NCBI GenBank assembly: GCA_965197585.1
Contig: OZ240215.1
Coordinates: forward strand, 2,592,001-2,656,000
Length of the DNA: 64,000 bases
Direction of reading: 5' to 3'
Origin: Dehalococcoidia bacterium
GTDB lineage: Bacteria; Chloroflexota; Dehalococcoidia; Plut-88900
Part shown: positions 48,563 to 58,327 of the stretch, in pieces
How the letters are laid out: each line of letters begins with the position of its first letter
How positions within the stretch are numbered: position 1 is the first letter of the stretch
Made by a program: the position numbers and the translations under genes
The notes under the pieces: model-generated
Databases searched by the model: none
What the model saw: only the letters and a program-made list of their open reading frames with translations
What the model was told of the DNA's origin: nothing

Positions 48563-49006
48563 CTATGCGACCCGCACGAACTCGGCGTCCCGCTCGGCCA
48601 CCGAGGGCCGTACTGCAGGTGCGGGTCGTGACTGATCCCCTGCGCTCAGTTCGTCCTTCACGAAGCCCTGCAGGATGTGGGCGATGCCGTCTCCCAGGCC
48701 CTGGACGAACACCGACCTGCCGCCGGGCAGCTTGTTGAGCCGGGGCTCCATGCCGCCGACGCCCCGGCACTGGTCGACGACGTCCTCGATGGGCGTACCC
48801 CGCCGCAGGTGCAGCGAGATGAGCCGGCAGGCCAGCTCGGTGACGCCCTGCTCGAAGGTGCCGCTCTTGCCCATCCTTCCGAAGACCTCGAAGGGATCGC
48901 CGCCGCCGTCGATGGCCACGGTCAGGCAGAGGTCGCCGTGGGACGTGGCCAGCACTGCGGTGCTGCTGGGCAGGACTCTCGGCCTGGGGCTTGTGGTCTT
49001 ATCCAT
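48563..49006 (-). CDS. Stand-alone class II ribonucleotide reductase C-terminal (TSCPD/NrdJb-like) domain
   Basis: RPRVL, PFEVF..GKSG, RLISLHLRRG and DGIAHIL. Confidence 0.75.
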   Translation of the reverse strand: MDKTTSPRPRVLPSSTAVLATSHGDLCLTVAIDGGGDPFEVFGRMGKSGTFEQGVTELACRLISLHLRRGTPIEDVVDQCRGVGGMEPRLNKLPGGRSVFVQGLGDGIAHILQGFVKDELSAGDQSRPAPAVRPSVAERDAEFVRVA

Positions 49007-49289
49007 CTTCCTTTACCTCCTCTCCCCGGCAGTGGGGGCAGCGGACAAGCCGCAGCCCCAGCCGGGTCTGTATCTCTTGGGTATATTTGGCGTGCACCCG
49101 CCGGAACACCTCGTGAGCGTTCTCTATGTCCTTGTCGTTGATGGCTGTGTCGCCGGGGAACATGAACCGGTCGGCGACCTCCTCGATCTCCCTCCGCAGG
49201 CCGCGGTCGCCGGCCCGGTCTACCTGGTACCAGAGCATGGCCAGCCGTTCGTCCACCAAGCCGGCTAACGTCGGGCTTGTTTCCGTCAT
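48999..49289 (-). CDS. Small hypothetical protein
   Basis: RBS aaggag; C-terminal CPHC. Confidence 0.6.
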   Translation of the reverse strand: MTETSPTLAGLVDERLAMLWYQVDRAGDRGLRREIEEVADRFMFPGDTAINDKDIENAHEVFRRVHAKYTQEIQTRLGLRLVRCPHCRGEEVKEDG

Positions 49290-49367
49290 TGCTAGTCTCC
49301 TTTCCATCCGGTAAGGAAAGAGTGGACCTGTCCCCAGGGGGACGATCCCGCTCTATTCCCCTACCCG

Positions 49368-50150
49368 CTAGGCCGCCTGCTCCTGCTGCCTCTCCTTCAG
49401 CTTCCGGGCGGCGCTCTTCACCAGGGGCTCCAGCTCGTCGACGGTTAGCTCCTCGAGCTCCTTGCCCGTCCGGCTCCTCGTGGCCTCCCTGACCTGTGCC
49501 TCTTCGAACCCCTGCTCGGCTCCCAGGTTGATGAGACTCGTCCTCAGGGCCTCAAGCTGCGACCCGGCCGGGTCGTCGTCACGGCCGCCGCCTTGGGGGA
49601 CCTCCTGGGGGGGCCTCGCCGGTGTCTGCTTTGCCGGGTTGCCGTAGAGGGCGTTCCCGAACTGGTCGCCGAAGCTCCTGAGCGCCCTCTTCAGGGCGTC
49701 GGTGACGGCGCCCTTGTATGCGGTCTCGTGGCCCTCCACCGTATCGTCGTTCACGGCGTGGAATCCCACGTCGGTGCGGGAGGGGGCGCCGGGCACGCCT
49801 ACCCTGACCGTGGCGGCGCAGGCGTGGGAGGTCCTCACCTCCCCGGTCTTGGGGTCGACGCTCCGCATCTCCCGGAGGGTCACGTCTCCCACTACCTCGT
49901 AGCCCCAACCCCCGTGGCCGAAGACCCGGTTGGCCTGTGAGATGGCGACGTGGCCCTCCAGGTAGGGGTAGGTGCGGTTCCCCCGTCCCCTGCGGCTGGA
50001 TACCAGGGCCGGGTCGAGGGGCTGGGACAGCTTTTTGGTCACCCTTGGTGGCAGACTGTCCCAGAGAAGGTCCAGTTCCCTGTCGCCCATCGGGGCGGCG
50101 TCGGGCCGGGTGCCGTTGTTGCTTGCGTTCCTGTGCGTTCCGTTCGTCAT
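49368..50150 (-). CDS. Rad52/Rad22-family (Sak-like) ssDNA annealing protein
   Basis: YLEGHVAISQANRVFGHGGW, DVG, and AYKGAVTDALKRALRSFGDQFGNALY. Confidence 0.9.
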   Translation of the reverse strand: MTNGTHRNASNNGTRPDAAPMGDRELDLLWDSLPPRVTKKLSQPLDPALVSSRRGRGNRTYPYLEGHVAISQANRVFGHGGWGYEVVGDVTLREMRSVDPKTGEVRTSHACAATVRVGVPGAPSRTDVGFHAVNDDTVEGHETAYKGAVTDALKRALRSFGDQFGNALYGNPAKQTPARPPQEVPQGGGRDDDPAGSQLEALRTSLINLGAEQGFEEAQVREATRSRTGKELEELTVDELEPLVKSAARKLKERQQEQAA

Positions 50151-50430
50151 GATGTGTCTCCTTTGCGGTGTGGTTGATGGTGTTTGCCAAGGCCAAGGCG
50201 GGCCTCTTTTAAGGCCCGTGGGCGGCGTCCATTCCAAGCAGGTTGGGGTGGGCGCCGTAGTAAGTGGAGGGGATGCCTCCCATGTGCAGACGCGCGTGGG
50301 CGCGGGTCGACGGGGAGGTGTGGGAGAGGGGCTATGGGAAGGGACGGGGTGGGAGTTGAAAGGGGGGAATTAAGTAGGCGGGAGTGAGGGAGGGTGGGGC
50401 TCTGGAGCGGTGTGGGGCAGGGGTGGCCCT

Positions 50431-51483
50431 CTACCGGGCGGAGCCGGCCGCCAGCCAGAGCAGGCGGAGGAAGACAGTGCGACCCTGGGGAAGGGCCGCA
50501 AGCTCGGCCACGTCGCCGACACCGGGGGGAAGGGCGACGGCGACGGCCCTGCGTCCGAGCAGGTTCCCGAGCCGCTCCGTAGCCTCCCGGCCCGCGTCGT
50601 CCGAGTCGAAGGCGAGGAAGACGCGGGCGCAGCCCCGGAGGGCGTCGGCGACCCGCTCCATGCCCTGGGTTCCCAGGGCGGCGCAGGCGGGGAACTTCCA
50701 GCCGGCAAGGGCGAGCCAGTCGAAGACGCCCTCGGTGACGATCGCCCACAGGGGAGCGCGGCCGAGACGCCCAAGTCCCAGCGCCGGCTTGGGACCGGGC
50801 AACGCCTGGAACCGGGGCGTCCGGTCGGGGTCTATGGCCCGTCCGACGAGCCAGTGGACAAGGCCGCCGGAGACGTCCGGAACGACGACCGTGCCGGCGA
50901 ACCGCTCCGCGCCCCGCGCCATGAACAGCCCGGAGTCCCTGAGACGTTTCTCGGAGAAGCCCAGGGATTCCAGGACATCCCGCAGCCCGCTGCCCGGCGC
51001 AGAGCCGAGACCCAGGCGGGCTGCGGCGGCCGGGCCGACGCCCCGCGAGGCCAGGTACGCCTGAGCATTGGAGTCGAGGCGCAGCTGCCCGGCGTAGAAG
51101 CGCGCCGCCGCCGTCAGCAGGTTGGAATCCCTGGGAGGCAGCGCGGCGTCCGAAGGCGGACGCGGACCGGCTGGACGGTTGACGGCCCTGGGTTTGCACC
51201 CAGGGCTGCCATCCAGCCGTGCGATGGCCTCCGGCAGGCTCAGGCCCTCGGCCCGCCGGATGAAGTCCAGGACGTCGCCCCCTTCGCCGCACCCGAAGCA
51301 GTAGAACCGCTCCGAGTCGGCGTACACCGTGAAACTGCCCTCCACCTCGTCGTGGAAGGGGCAGACGCCCTGGCGGACCCGGCCCCTGCCTCTCAGCCTC
51401 ACTCCCGAGTCCTCCACGACGGCGCCCAGGGGGTGACGGGCCTTCAGAGCTGGAATGTCCACCGGAGCCGTGGCTAGGACCAT
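50431..51483 (-). CDS. DnaG-like primase (CHC2 zinc finger plus TOPRIM)
   Basis: CPFH..SF..CFGC..GGDV, VTEGVFD and AFDSDDAG. Confidence 0.9.
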   Translation of the reverse strand: MVLATAPVDIPALKARHPLGAVVEDSGVRLRGRGRVRQGVCPFHDEVEGSFTVYADSERFYCFGCGEGGDVLDFIRRAEGLSLPEAIARLDGSPGCKPRAVNRPAGPRPPSDAALPPRDSNLLTAAARFYAGQLRLDSNAQAYLASRGVGPAAAARLGLGSAPGSGLRDVLESLGFSEKRLRDSGLFMARGAERFAGTVVVPDVSGGLVHWLVGRAIDPDRTPRFQALPGPKPALGLGRLGRAPLWAIVTEGVFDWLALAGWKFPACAALGTQGMERVADALRGCARVFLAFDSDDAGREATERLGNLLGRRAVAVALPPGVGDVAELAALPQGRTVFLRLLWLAAGSAR

Positions 51484-51947
51484 GACGAACCTCCCTTCCC
51501 CAGGGTTTTCAATCCCCGGAGGCTGTCCCTGGAGACCACCTTGCCGGGCAGCCAGCGCATCCCCAGTACCGCCACCACCTCCAGGGTGGCACTGTCCCGG
51601 GATACCAGGGCCGCAGCCCGGCCGGCGCCGGGGCTGTAGTTCAGCACCCCCTTCTTCCCGAAACGGCGCCGCACGAGGTCCAGCCACTCGGAGTACGCCC
51701 AGCAGGCATCCCTCACGGGAGCGTTGGGAGTATCCACCTCGGACAGAACTGCCAGGGCCCCGTCCAGGTCCGCGGCCTTCCTCAACCTCCGGGCATCGTG
51801 GATGCTCTTCGCCACCGTAGGCGCCGGTACTGCGACTTCCTCATCGTTCGCCCCGAACAGGGCCTCGATCACCCGGTCGACCAGGTCTTCCAGGCTCGCC
51901 CGAGTCCTCACTACCCCACCGCTCACCGTTATCGCTTGCGTTGTCAT
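51474..51947 (-). CDS. Hypothetical protein
   Basis: RBS aaggag; overlaps the primase start. Confidence 0.7.
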   Translation of the reverse strand: MTTQAITVSGGVVRTRASLEDLVDRVIEALFGANDEEVAVPAPTVAKSIHDARRLRKAADLDGALAVLSEVDTPNAPVRDACWAYSEWLDLVRRRFGKKGVLNYSPGAGRAAALVSRDSATLEVVAVLGMRWLPGKVVSRDSLRGLKTLGKGGSSWS

Positions 51948-51987
51948 ATCGAACTCCTTTCCTTGTCTTGTTGGTCTTCCTTCTCTC

Positions 51988-52200
51988 TTACCTTCTGCCT
52001 ATGAGCCTTGTGAGCTGTCTTGCCAACACCAGCCAGGAGAAGATCCCCAGCCCGTTGAGGGCGAAGACCTCCAGGCTCCACGTGATGACCAGCGGCGCTA
52101 CGACGAGCAGGGCGATGACGGGCCACTTGAACCTCAGCAGACACCGGCCAACCCTGAGGGCGGCGCCCATGACCATGAAGAGCACTCCGAGAACTTGCAT
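51988..52200 (-). CDS. Small membrane protein
   Basis: RBS aaggagg; hydrophobic, 70 aa. Confidence 0.65.
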   Translation of the reverse strand: MQVLGVLFMVMGAALRVGRCLLRFKWPVIALLVVAPLVITWSLEVFALNGLGIFSWLVLARQLTRLIGRR

Positions 52201-52594
52201 ATGGACCTCCTTTGCTTTTTCCCGCACCGGCATCCGCAGCGCAGGGCATGACTGGGTGAAGGACTGACGATGGAATGAAAGTGGACGAGCTTCTCCCCGG
52301 ACCGGATGCAGGCATGGGGAGAGATGGGGGGATTAGAAGTATCCCTGGGAAGTCAACGGCGGTCGGGAACTGGGGAGCATTGCCGCTGCTTCAGAGACCT
52401 GTGCCCCGGTTGCTAAGGACATAAGTAACCAGCCGGGGTCCTGGGGGGAACCTGTCGTATGAACACCCGGGCGGATGACGCAGGACGTGAAGAACCGGCC
52501 GGTGTGCAGTGCGCACTCCAACCAATGTATCCGAGGGCCGAAGGGAAGGACATAACTCGACCACTACGGACGTGTCCCTGCGGGGAGACCATCG

Positions 52595-52662
52595 GGAGAG
52601 CGAGGCTCGATCCTTCCGGTCATGACCCCTGGGCGGCTGTTCGGAGAGCGAGGCTCGATCCT
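52595..52662. repeat. 20-bp direct repeat ggagagcgaggctcgatcct, two copies
   Basis: Copies at 52595-52614 and 52643-52662, each containing the palindrome gagc-gag-gctc. Confidence 0.85.
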
Positions 52663-52754
52663 ATGCAGCCGGTCCCGGATTTGAGGGGCGGTAATCCTCC
52701 AGGTTTCTAGGGCATGAAACGCTGGGAAAAGCCAGACAACAATTTCAGTATTGC

Positions 52755-52768
52755 CGAACACCTGCTCG
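52755..52768. promoter_or_regulatory. Putative LexA (Gram-positive-type SOS) box
   Basis: CGAAC-ACCT-GCTCG, one mismatch from CGAAC-N4-GTTCG, upstream of the leftward backbone operon. Confidence 0.4.
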
Positions 52769-52888
52769 AATGGAAGGGCTTGGGCGGGCTTTCGGGGACA
52801 GCCGCCCCATATCACTCGCAGCTACGTCGCTCCTAGGCCGCACCAACGCAGCACCCGTCAAAACAGCCGCGGTCCCCGGCCCCCGGGT

Positions 52889-53791
52889 CTACCGCCACCA
52901 CAGTCCCAGGGTGAGGGCCCTGCGCACCCACCGGAGCAGTCCCCGCCTTCCCAACGCCCTCCGGGTGTCGTCCAGCGCCGTCCAGCGCCACGTGGTCTGT
53001 CCCCGGCGCCCGAACCCCCGCAGGGGCTGGGTCTCCGGCGGCAGCGTCAGCCCGTGCTCCTCCAGCATGGCCAGCTCCAGCGTCAGCAGCCTCTCCTCCG
53101 TCACCAGCCACGTCAGGCTCCTGCCCCTGTTGGGATGATCGGCCCGCAACCGGCGCCACTCCTCCACCAGGGGCCACGCTGGACCGTAGACCCCCGGGTC
53201 GTCCCCGGCGGGCTCCTCGGTGACCACCTCGGGGTCCAGCCGCCGCTCCGTGAAAGGCTCCCTCGACCGAATGCCCGGTACCGGAGGAGTCTCCCTGTCA
53301 TCTGATTGATCCACCACGTCAGGCCCATTGATGGTCTCCTCGGCGTCCTCACCCTCCGCCTGTTGCCCAACACTTCCCGCAACCGCGCCCCGGATCTCGT
53401 CGAGGCCGTCCCGAAGCTCCTTCGCCAGTGTCTCCATGCCCTCCTCCAACGCACCGACCCGCTCCCGCAGCCGCGCAACCTCGGCGCCCTCCGTCACCCC
53501 CAGCAACCCTTCCAATGCACGGCCCACGTGTTCGGTGACCTGGCCCGACTCCTCGGCCCGCACCACGGTCTTGTAGTTGACGCCCAGCAGCCTGGCAGCC
53601 TCCGTCCGGCCCTCCTGCCGCACCAGTTCCCGCAGAAACCCGTTCAGCCGAATCCGCCGCAGCTTCTCCGCATCTGGGCCGCTGTCTCCCTCGCCCTCCG
53701 CCTGCTTACCGTCCGCCATGCCCTCATGGGCAATCTCATCATCAATCGTCTGCCTGTCGGCCTGGGCATCATTAACCGGGTTCTCGTTCAT
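52889..53791 (-). CDS. HTH/coiled-coil protein, possible ICE regulator
   Basis: GRTEAARLLGVNYKTVVRA HTH followed by a coiled coil. Confidence 0.7.
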   Translation of the reverse strand: MNENPVNDAQADRQTIDDEIAHEGMADGKQAEGEGDSGPDAEKLRRIRLNGFLRELVRQEGRTEAARLLGVNYKTVVRAEESGQVTEHVGRALEGLLGVTEGAEVARLRERVGALEEGMETLAKELRDGLDEIRGAVAGSVGQQAEGEDAEETINGPDVVDQSDDRETPPVPGIRSREPFTERRLDPEVVTEEPAGDDPGVYGPAWPLVEEWRRLRADHPNRGRSLTWLVTEERLLTLELAMLEEHGLTLPPETQPLRGFGRRGQTTWRWTALDDTRRALGRRGLLRWVRRALTLGLWWR

Positions 53792-54234
53792 GGGTCCGCC
53801 TCCATCGCTTCCGACGTCCTATAGGGGGCCGTCCTGTAGGGCGTTGTTTCTCCGTAGGTAGGGCCCCGCTCCACCAATCGCTCGCTCCGACGTAGCAGTC
53901 ATTTGCCCGGTCGCCCCGATTTCCGACTTCCCTTTCGGGAACTCCGACCCTCAATCGGTGGAACCGGCCCTTACCTCGAAGTGCTCGCAACCACCCCCAA
54001 AACTTCCATTGTTCTTCCCTTGTTTCACGCCTGAAACCGCCCAAATACTTCCCTCCTGGGAACTGATGCAGATCCCTGTACACGGGTAGTACATCACATC
54101 CGGCCCCCGATGGTGCAGGCCCCGTGAGGGTAGCCCCCGCGCGCGGCCCCCTCACGGACCATGACATTCCGTTCCCCGGCTCCTCAGACTCGGTGACAGA
54201 GGTCCGAGTCCATCACCGGTGAGAAGGAGACGGT

Positions 54235-54828
54235 TTGTCACCCCGGTCAAAACGCAGACGACTTTGCAAATTAGCGGCCACTGCCGTAGCCCTGGCAACG
54301 GCGGTCCTGCTGACGGTATCCGCACTTGCCCCCGCCCTGGCCCAGGACGCCGGCCTCACCCTGGTCAACTCCGACAGGGACCTGGTGGAGAGGAAGAAGG
54401 ACGGGAGGTTCATCGCCCGTCCCGTCTTCAGCCGGGAGCTCGACTCCCTCTACTACGCAATCCGCGACGCCGACAACGGAGACTGGGTGACCCTGATGTA
54501 CCGGGTGCAGGGCGGCGAGAAGAAGCTGAAGGACGGCTGGGAGTACTCCTGGGAGTACCCGGCCCTCTCCGAACAGCCCGACCTGGACCCCGGGAAGGCC
54601 TACCTGCTGGTGATCGGCGTCCCCGCCGACGCCCAGGGCGGCCCCTACGTCTTCCACGCCCTTGTACCCGTGTACCAGCCCAGCGGGATTTTCGACCGGA
54701 TCCTGGCGGCCCTCAACCCCGCCAGGTGGGCAAAGGCCTTCGCCCGCTGGGTGATAGAGGGCGTCCACGGCGGCCTGTGTGGGGTCGTTGAGCGGGCCAC
54801 AAGGACCGAGATCGACAACTGCGGCTAA
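54235..54828 (+). CDS. Exported protein at the start of the conjugation operon
   Basis: Signal peptide ALA-Q; RBS aaggag. Confidence 0.7.
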   Translation: MSPRSKRRRLCKLAATAVALATAVLLTVSALAPALAQDAGLTLVNSDRDLVERKKDGRFIARPVFSRELDSLYYAIRDADNGDWVTLMYRVQGGEKKLKDGWEYSWEYPALSEQPDLDPGKAYLLVIGVPADAQGGPYVFHALVPVYQPSGIFDRILAALNPARWAKAFARWVIEGVHGGLCGVVERATRTEIDNCG

Positions 54829-54842
54829 GGACTCTATATGCC

Positions 54843-55829
54843 ATGAACGACATCCTCACCGGAACTCCCCCCGAGCTGACCTACCTGCACCCCATGGTGC
54901 GGGAGGCCTGGATGGTGGTCTGGGGCATCACCTCCGGGGCCCTCATCGTCATCCTGGGCTGGATGGGCCTGAGCCTCATCATGCAGAACCTCCTGGGCCA
55001 TACCAGCACCGGGTGGCGGGAGACGGTGCCCCGGCTGGTGCTGGGCCTTGTGGCCGCCGCCACCTCCTACTGGTGGTGCGCCCTGGTCATCGACGTGGCC
55101 CATCACGTCTCCAAGTACATCGCCGCGGAACTGGACGTCACCCCAGGCGACCTGCTGAGGGCGCCCCTGGAGACGTTCCTCATGACCGTGGAGGCGGGGA
55201 GCGTGGGCATGGCCCAGCTGGTGGCCCTGCTCTACGTGGTCTACGGGTTCTTCGTCCTCTACGTGCTGGTGCAGCTGGTATTGAGGCTGGCCCTCATAGA
55301 CATCCTGCTGGCCCTGGCGCCCATCGCGTTGGGCCTCTGGATACTGCCCCACACGGCGGGCTGGGGACGTCACTGGCTGAGGCTCTTCCTGACCACGGTG
55401 TTCCAGCAGTCGATCCAGCTGATAGCCCTGGCGTTGGGGTTCGGGTTCCTGAGGCAGTACGCCGCCATAGAGGCCTTCGAACCGGCCCAGGACCTGGTGT
55501 GGAAGCTGCTGATGTCGGTGGCCTTCGTCTACATGGCGACGAGAGTGCCCTCGATGCTGGGCAACGCCGGCACCTTCGACTCCTGGGTCAGCACCCTCTA
55601 CTTCGGCCTGAACCTGCCGGGGACATTGATGAGGTCCGCCAAGACAGTCGGGCTGCTCTCCGGGGGAATGGGAGGAGGGCCTGCGGCTGCGGTGGGAGCG
55701 GTGGCTGCAACGGCGGCGGGGACCGGTGCGGGTGCGGCGGCCTCGGGCCTGAGATCGGCGGCGGAAGGTGCAACCGCCGGTGGAGATGCAACCGGAGCCG
55801 GGCCTGCCCCCAGGAGCAGCGGCGAGTGA
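54843..55829 (+). CDS. VirB6/TrbL-like polytopic T4SS membrane protein
   Basis: Multiple TM helices, LAPIAL..WILP..W.R.W motif and a Gly/Ala-rich tail. Confidence 0.8.
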   Translation: MNDILTGTPPELTYLHPMVREAWMVVWGITSGALIVILGWMGLSLIMQNLLGHTSTGWRETVPRLVLGLVAAATSYWWCALVIDVAHHVSKYIAAELDVTPGDLLRAPLETFLMTVEAGSVGMAQLVALLYVVYGFFVLYVLVQLVLRLALIDILLALAPIALGLWILPHTAGWGRHWLRLFLTTVFQQSIQLIALALGFGFLRQYAAIEAFEPAQDLVWKLLMSVAFVYMATRVPSMLGNAGTFDSWVSTLYFGLNLPGTLMRSAKTVGLLSGGMGGGPAAAVGAVAATAAGTGAGAAASGLRSAAEGATAGGDATGAGPAPRSSGE

Positions 55830-55994
55830 GCACTCTTATTTCGATAGACGGGACTTCGACACATACACGAAACGGACAGATGGACGAGAAGGCACGAGGA
55901 GGTCAAGAGATGTGCAGCTAGACAGGCGAAAACGACGTGACCCCTGGACCAGGGATAAAGACTCCCAAACAGCAACGGAAACAGGAGAAAGCGA

Positions 55995-56285
55995 ATGGAA
56001 CAGCTGACCCAGACCATATCGAACATAGTGGGGATCATGATGGGGGTGGTGGGTGCCGTGGGCGTGGCCTACTTCGTCTACGGGTCCTTCCTCTACCTCA
56101 CGGCAGGCGGCGGGCCGCAGCAGATGGACCGGGGCAAGAGCGCCATGCTCACCGCCCTGGCGGGCGTCGTGCTGGCCCTGCTTGCCTACGTGGTCGTAGA
56201 GGTGGTGACGGGTGCAATCGTCGACCCGGCAATCGAGGTGGATATCCCAGAGCCCGCTACTCCGACCCCCACTCCCGACAGCTAG
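55995..56285 (+). CDS. VirB2/TrbC-like pilin
   Basis: Two TM helices around YLTAGGGPQQMDRGK. Confidence 0.8.
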   Translation: MEQLTQTISNIVGIMMGVVGAVGVAYFVYGSFLYLTAGGGPQQMDRGKSAMLTALAGVVLALLAYVVVEVVTGAIVDPAIEVDIPEPATPTPTPDS

Positions 56286-56318
56286 AGAAGAGTTGAGGAG
56301 TCAAGGAAGGAGACAACC

Positions 56319-57995
56319 ATGAGAGAACACGAGGTGCCGACCCACCTGCAGGCCGAGGACAAGGTGCTGCTGTGGTTCACCTTCCAACAGCTGGTGGCCA
56401 TCACCGCTGTGGCCGCGCTGGCCTACGGAGCGTACCGCTACGCACCCGTGGGGCCCTCCGAGGTGAGGATAGTGCTGGCCGTCCTCCTGGGGCTGGCGGG
56501 ATTGGCGATGATCGTGGGGAAGGTGGGAGGCCGGCGGCTGCCCCTGGTGGCCGCCGACCTCCTGCGGTTCCGGCTGGGTCCCCGGCGCTACGCCGGACCC
56601 CCTGCCCAGCTGGTGCGCCCCGAAGCGCCGACGCCGGTCAGGACTGCGCCGAGCCCTCTAACCCTGTTGGTCAGGAAGGCCAGACGGATCATCATGCGCC
56701 GCCGCAACGGTAGGATGCCACTGCGTCCCCGCGGCCGGTCCGGCAAGGGCCGCCGCAGGCGCCGGGGGAAGCGCAAGTACCCAAAGCAGGACAGGAAGAA
56801 GACCGGGAGAAGCAGGGGCGGGAGGAACCTGCTGGCCGTCCTGGCCGTCGCCCTTACGGCGGCGGCCGGGGCGGTGTCCCCCGTTGCCCTGGCTGACGAC
56901 CATCATCCCGAGGAGATCGGCTTCGAACTGAGGGAGCCCGTCCCCGGAAGAAGGATCTACGTCGAGAGATTGCATGTGTCGGGCGACTCCGCCGGGGTAA
57001 CCGTCAGGGCCGCCGCTGACATCGACCTGCAGGTGAGAGGCTACGGCGGACCCGAGGGCCGGATATCCGTGTTCCGGGCGACGGCCAGGCTGCAGGGGGG
57101 AGAGACCAGGAGCTACACATTCCCACTCTCCGGTGACTCGCCTTCCCTCACCCTCTCCTGGCGGGACGGGCTGGGGCAGGCGGGCGCTCTCAGCCTGAAG
57201 GGAGACCAGATCCCGTATCCCCTGCCCTCCGTCGAGGGAGAGCTGTGCGACCTGGAGCTCGATTACCTGCTTTGGACGCCTGGACGGGTGGATGGAGCCA
57301 TAGACTCCAGCTGCGAGGACTCCGTCGAAGAACCGGTGGACCTTACGACGGTGTCCGGGCACGAGAGCGTGATGGTGACGGCGTTGATGGATGCGGATGT
57401 CACTGCAGTTGCCGGGACTGTAATAGTCACCGTCGGCGGGGCCCAGGGACCAGTCCCCTTCGTTCCGAACGGGTTCACGGCCTTCCGGGTCAATGTGCCC
57501 GCTGGCGAGGCGGTCCACAAGGTCACCTTGCAAGCCGTCCTGGAAGGGGCCCTGCGGATCGACCTCCCTCCCCTGGTTGCCCTGACCCACCACCCCAAGA
57601 GGGACGAGGAGATAACCACGAGAGTCAAGCTGTACCGTCCCGGAACTAGCAGGACGGTCTCCGAGACGGTGACTGTCTCCCACCCCGACGGGACAACCAC
57701 CCAGCACGTCATCTCGGCCATCCTGTCCGTACCCGGCACAACGGTGGCCAGGGACGTGACCGTCACCGTGGAACATGAGGAGCACGTGAGGGCTGAGGTC
57801 ATGGAACGGGCGCCCCTGGCCCGAACGAGGATAGAGGCCCTGGACATGGCGTCGACCATCGGCGCCGACGACAGCTTCGAGCTCCTCACCCTGCCCGAGC
57901 CGGAGCCCACCCCCGAGCCCGCCGAGCAGAGCCCCGCGGACACCGATGAGCTGAGGCGGCTGTTCGAGCTGTTGGGCTGGAGTTGGCCGTGGTGA
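56319..57995 (+). CDS. PrgI-like membrane domain fused to a large extracellular beta-rich domain
   Basis: HEVPTHLQAEDKVLLWFTFQQL with two TMs, Arg/Lys-rich linker, a third hydrophobic segment, then a Val/Thr-rich domain. Confidence 0.7.
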   Translation: MREHEVPTHLQAEDKVLLWFTFQQLVAITAVAALAYGAYRYAPVGPSEVRIVLAVLLGLAGLAMIVGKVGGRRLPLVAADLLRFRLGPRRYAGPPAQLVRPEAPTPVRTAPSPLTLLVRKARRIIMRRRNGRMPLRPRGRSGKGRRRRRGKRKYPKQDRKKTGRSRGGRNLLAVLAVALTAAAGAVSPVALADDHHPEEIGFELREPVPGRRIYVERLHVSGDSAGVTVRAAADIDLQVRGYGGPEGRISVFRATARLQGGETRSYTFPLSGDSPSLTLSWRDGLGQAGALSLKGDQIPYPLPSVEGELCDLELDYLLWTPGRVDGAIDSSCEDSVEEPVDLTTVSGHESVMVTALMDADVTAVAGTVIVTVGGAQGPVPFVPNGFTAFRVNVPAGEAVHKVTLQAVLEGALRIDLPPLVALTHHPKRDEEITTRVKLYRPGTSRTVSETVTVSHPDGTTTQHVISAILSVPGTTVARDVTVTVEHEEHVRAEVMERAPLARTRIEALDMASTIGADDSFELLTLPEPEPTPEPAEQSPADTDELRRLFELLGWSWPW

Positions 57996-58306
57996 TACGC
58001 GTACTGTGGATGGTCTTGCTGGCGGGTGCGGCGTTTGCCTCCATGGGCGCGGGGACGGACATCGAGAAGGGGAACATGCTTCTCAAGTTCGTCGAGGTGG
58101 TGGACGCGATGGCCTATGCCGCTGTAGGACTCTGCCTCTTTGCCGTCGTCTGGGCCGGGTTCCTGCTCATGGCAGAGGGGGCCGAGGAGCGGAGCTCGGG
58201 CAGGGCCAGGAGCGCGGTGGTCCTGGCTATCACGGGCCTGGTCCTCACGCTCTCGGCCAAAGGGATAGCCCTGGCCCTGCTGAAGGTCACCCCAACGCTC
58301 CCATAG
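57983..58306 (+). CDS. Second pilin-like membrane protein
   Basis: TM-AEGAEERSSGRAR-TM pattern. Confidence 0.65.
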   Translation: MAVVIRVLWMVLLAGAAFASMGAGTDIEKGNMLLKFVEVVDAMAYAAVGLCLFAVVWAGFLLMAEGAEERSSGRARSAVVLAITGLVLTLSAKGIALALLKVTPTLP

Positions 58307-58327
58307 CGGCAAGAAAAGGACAACGAT

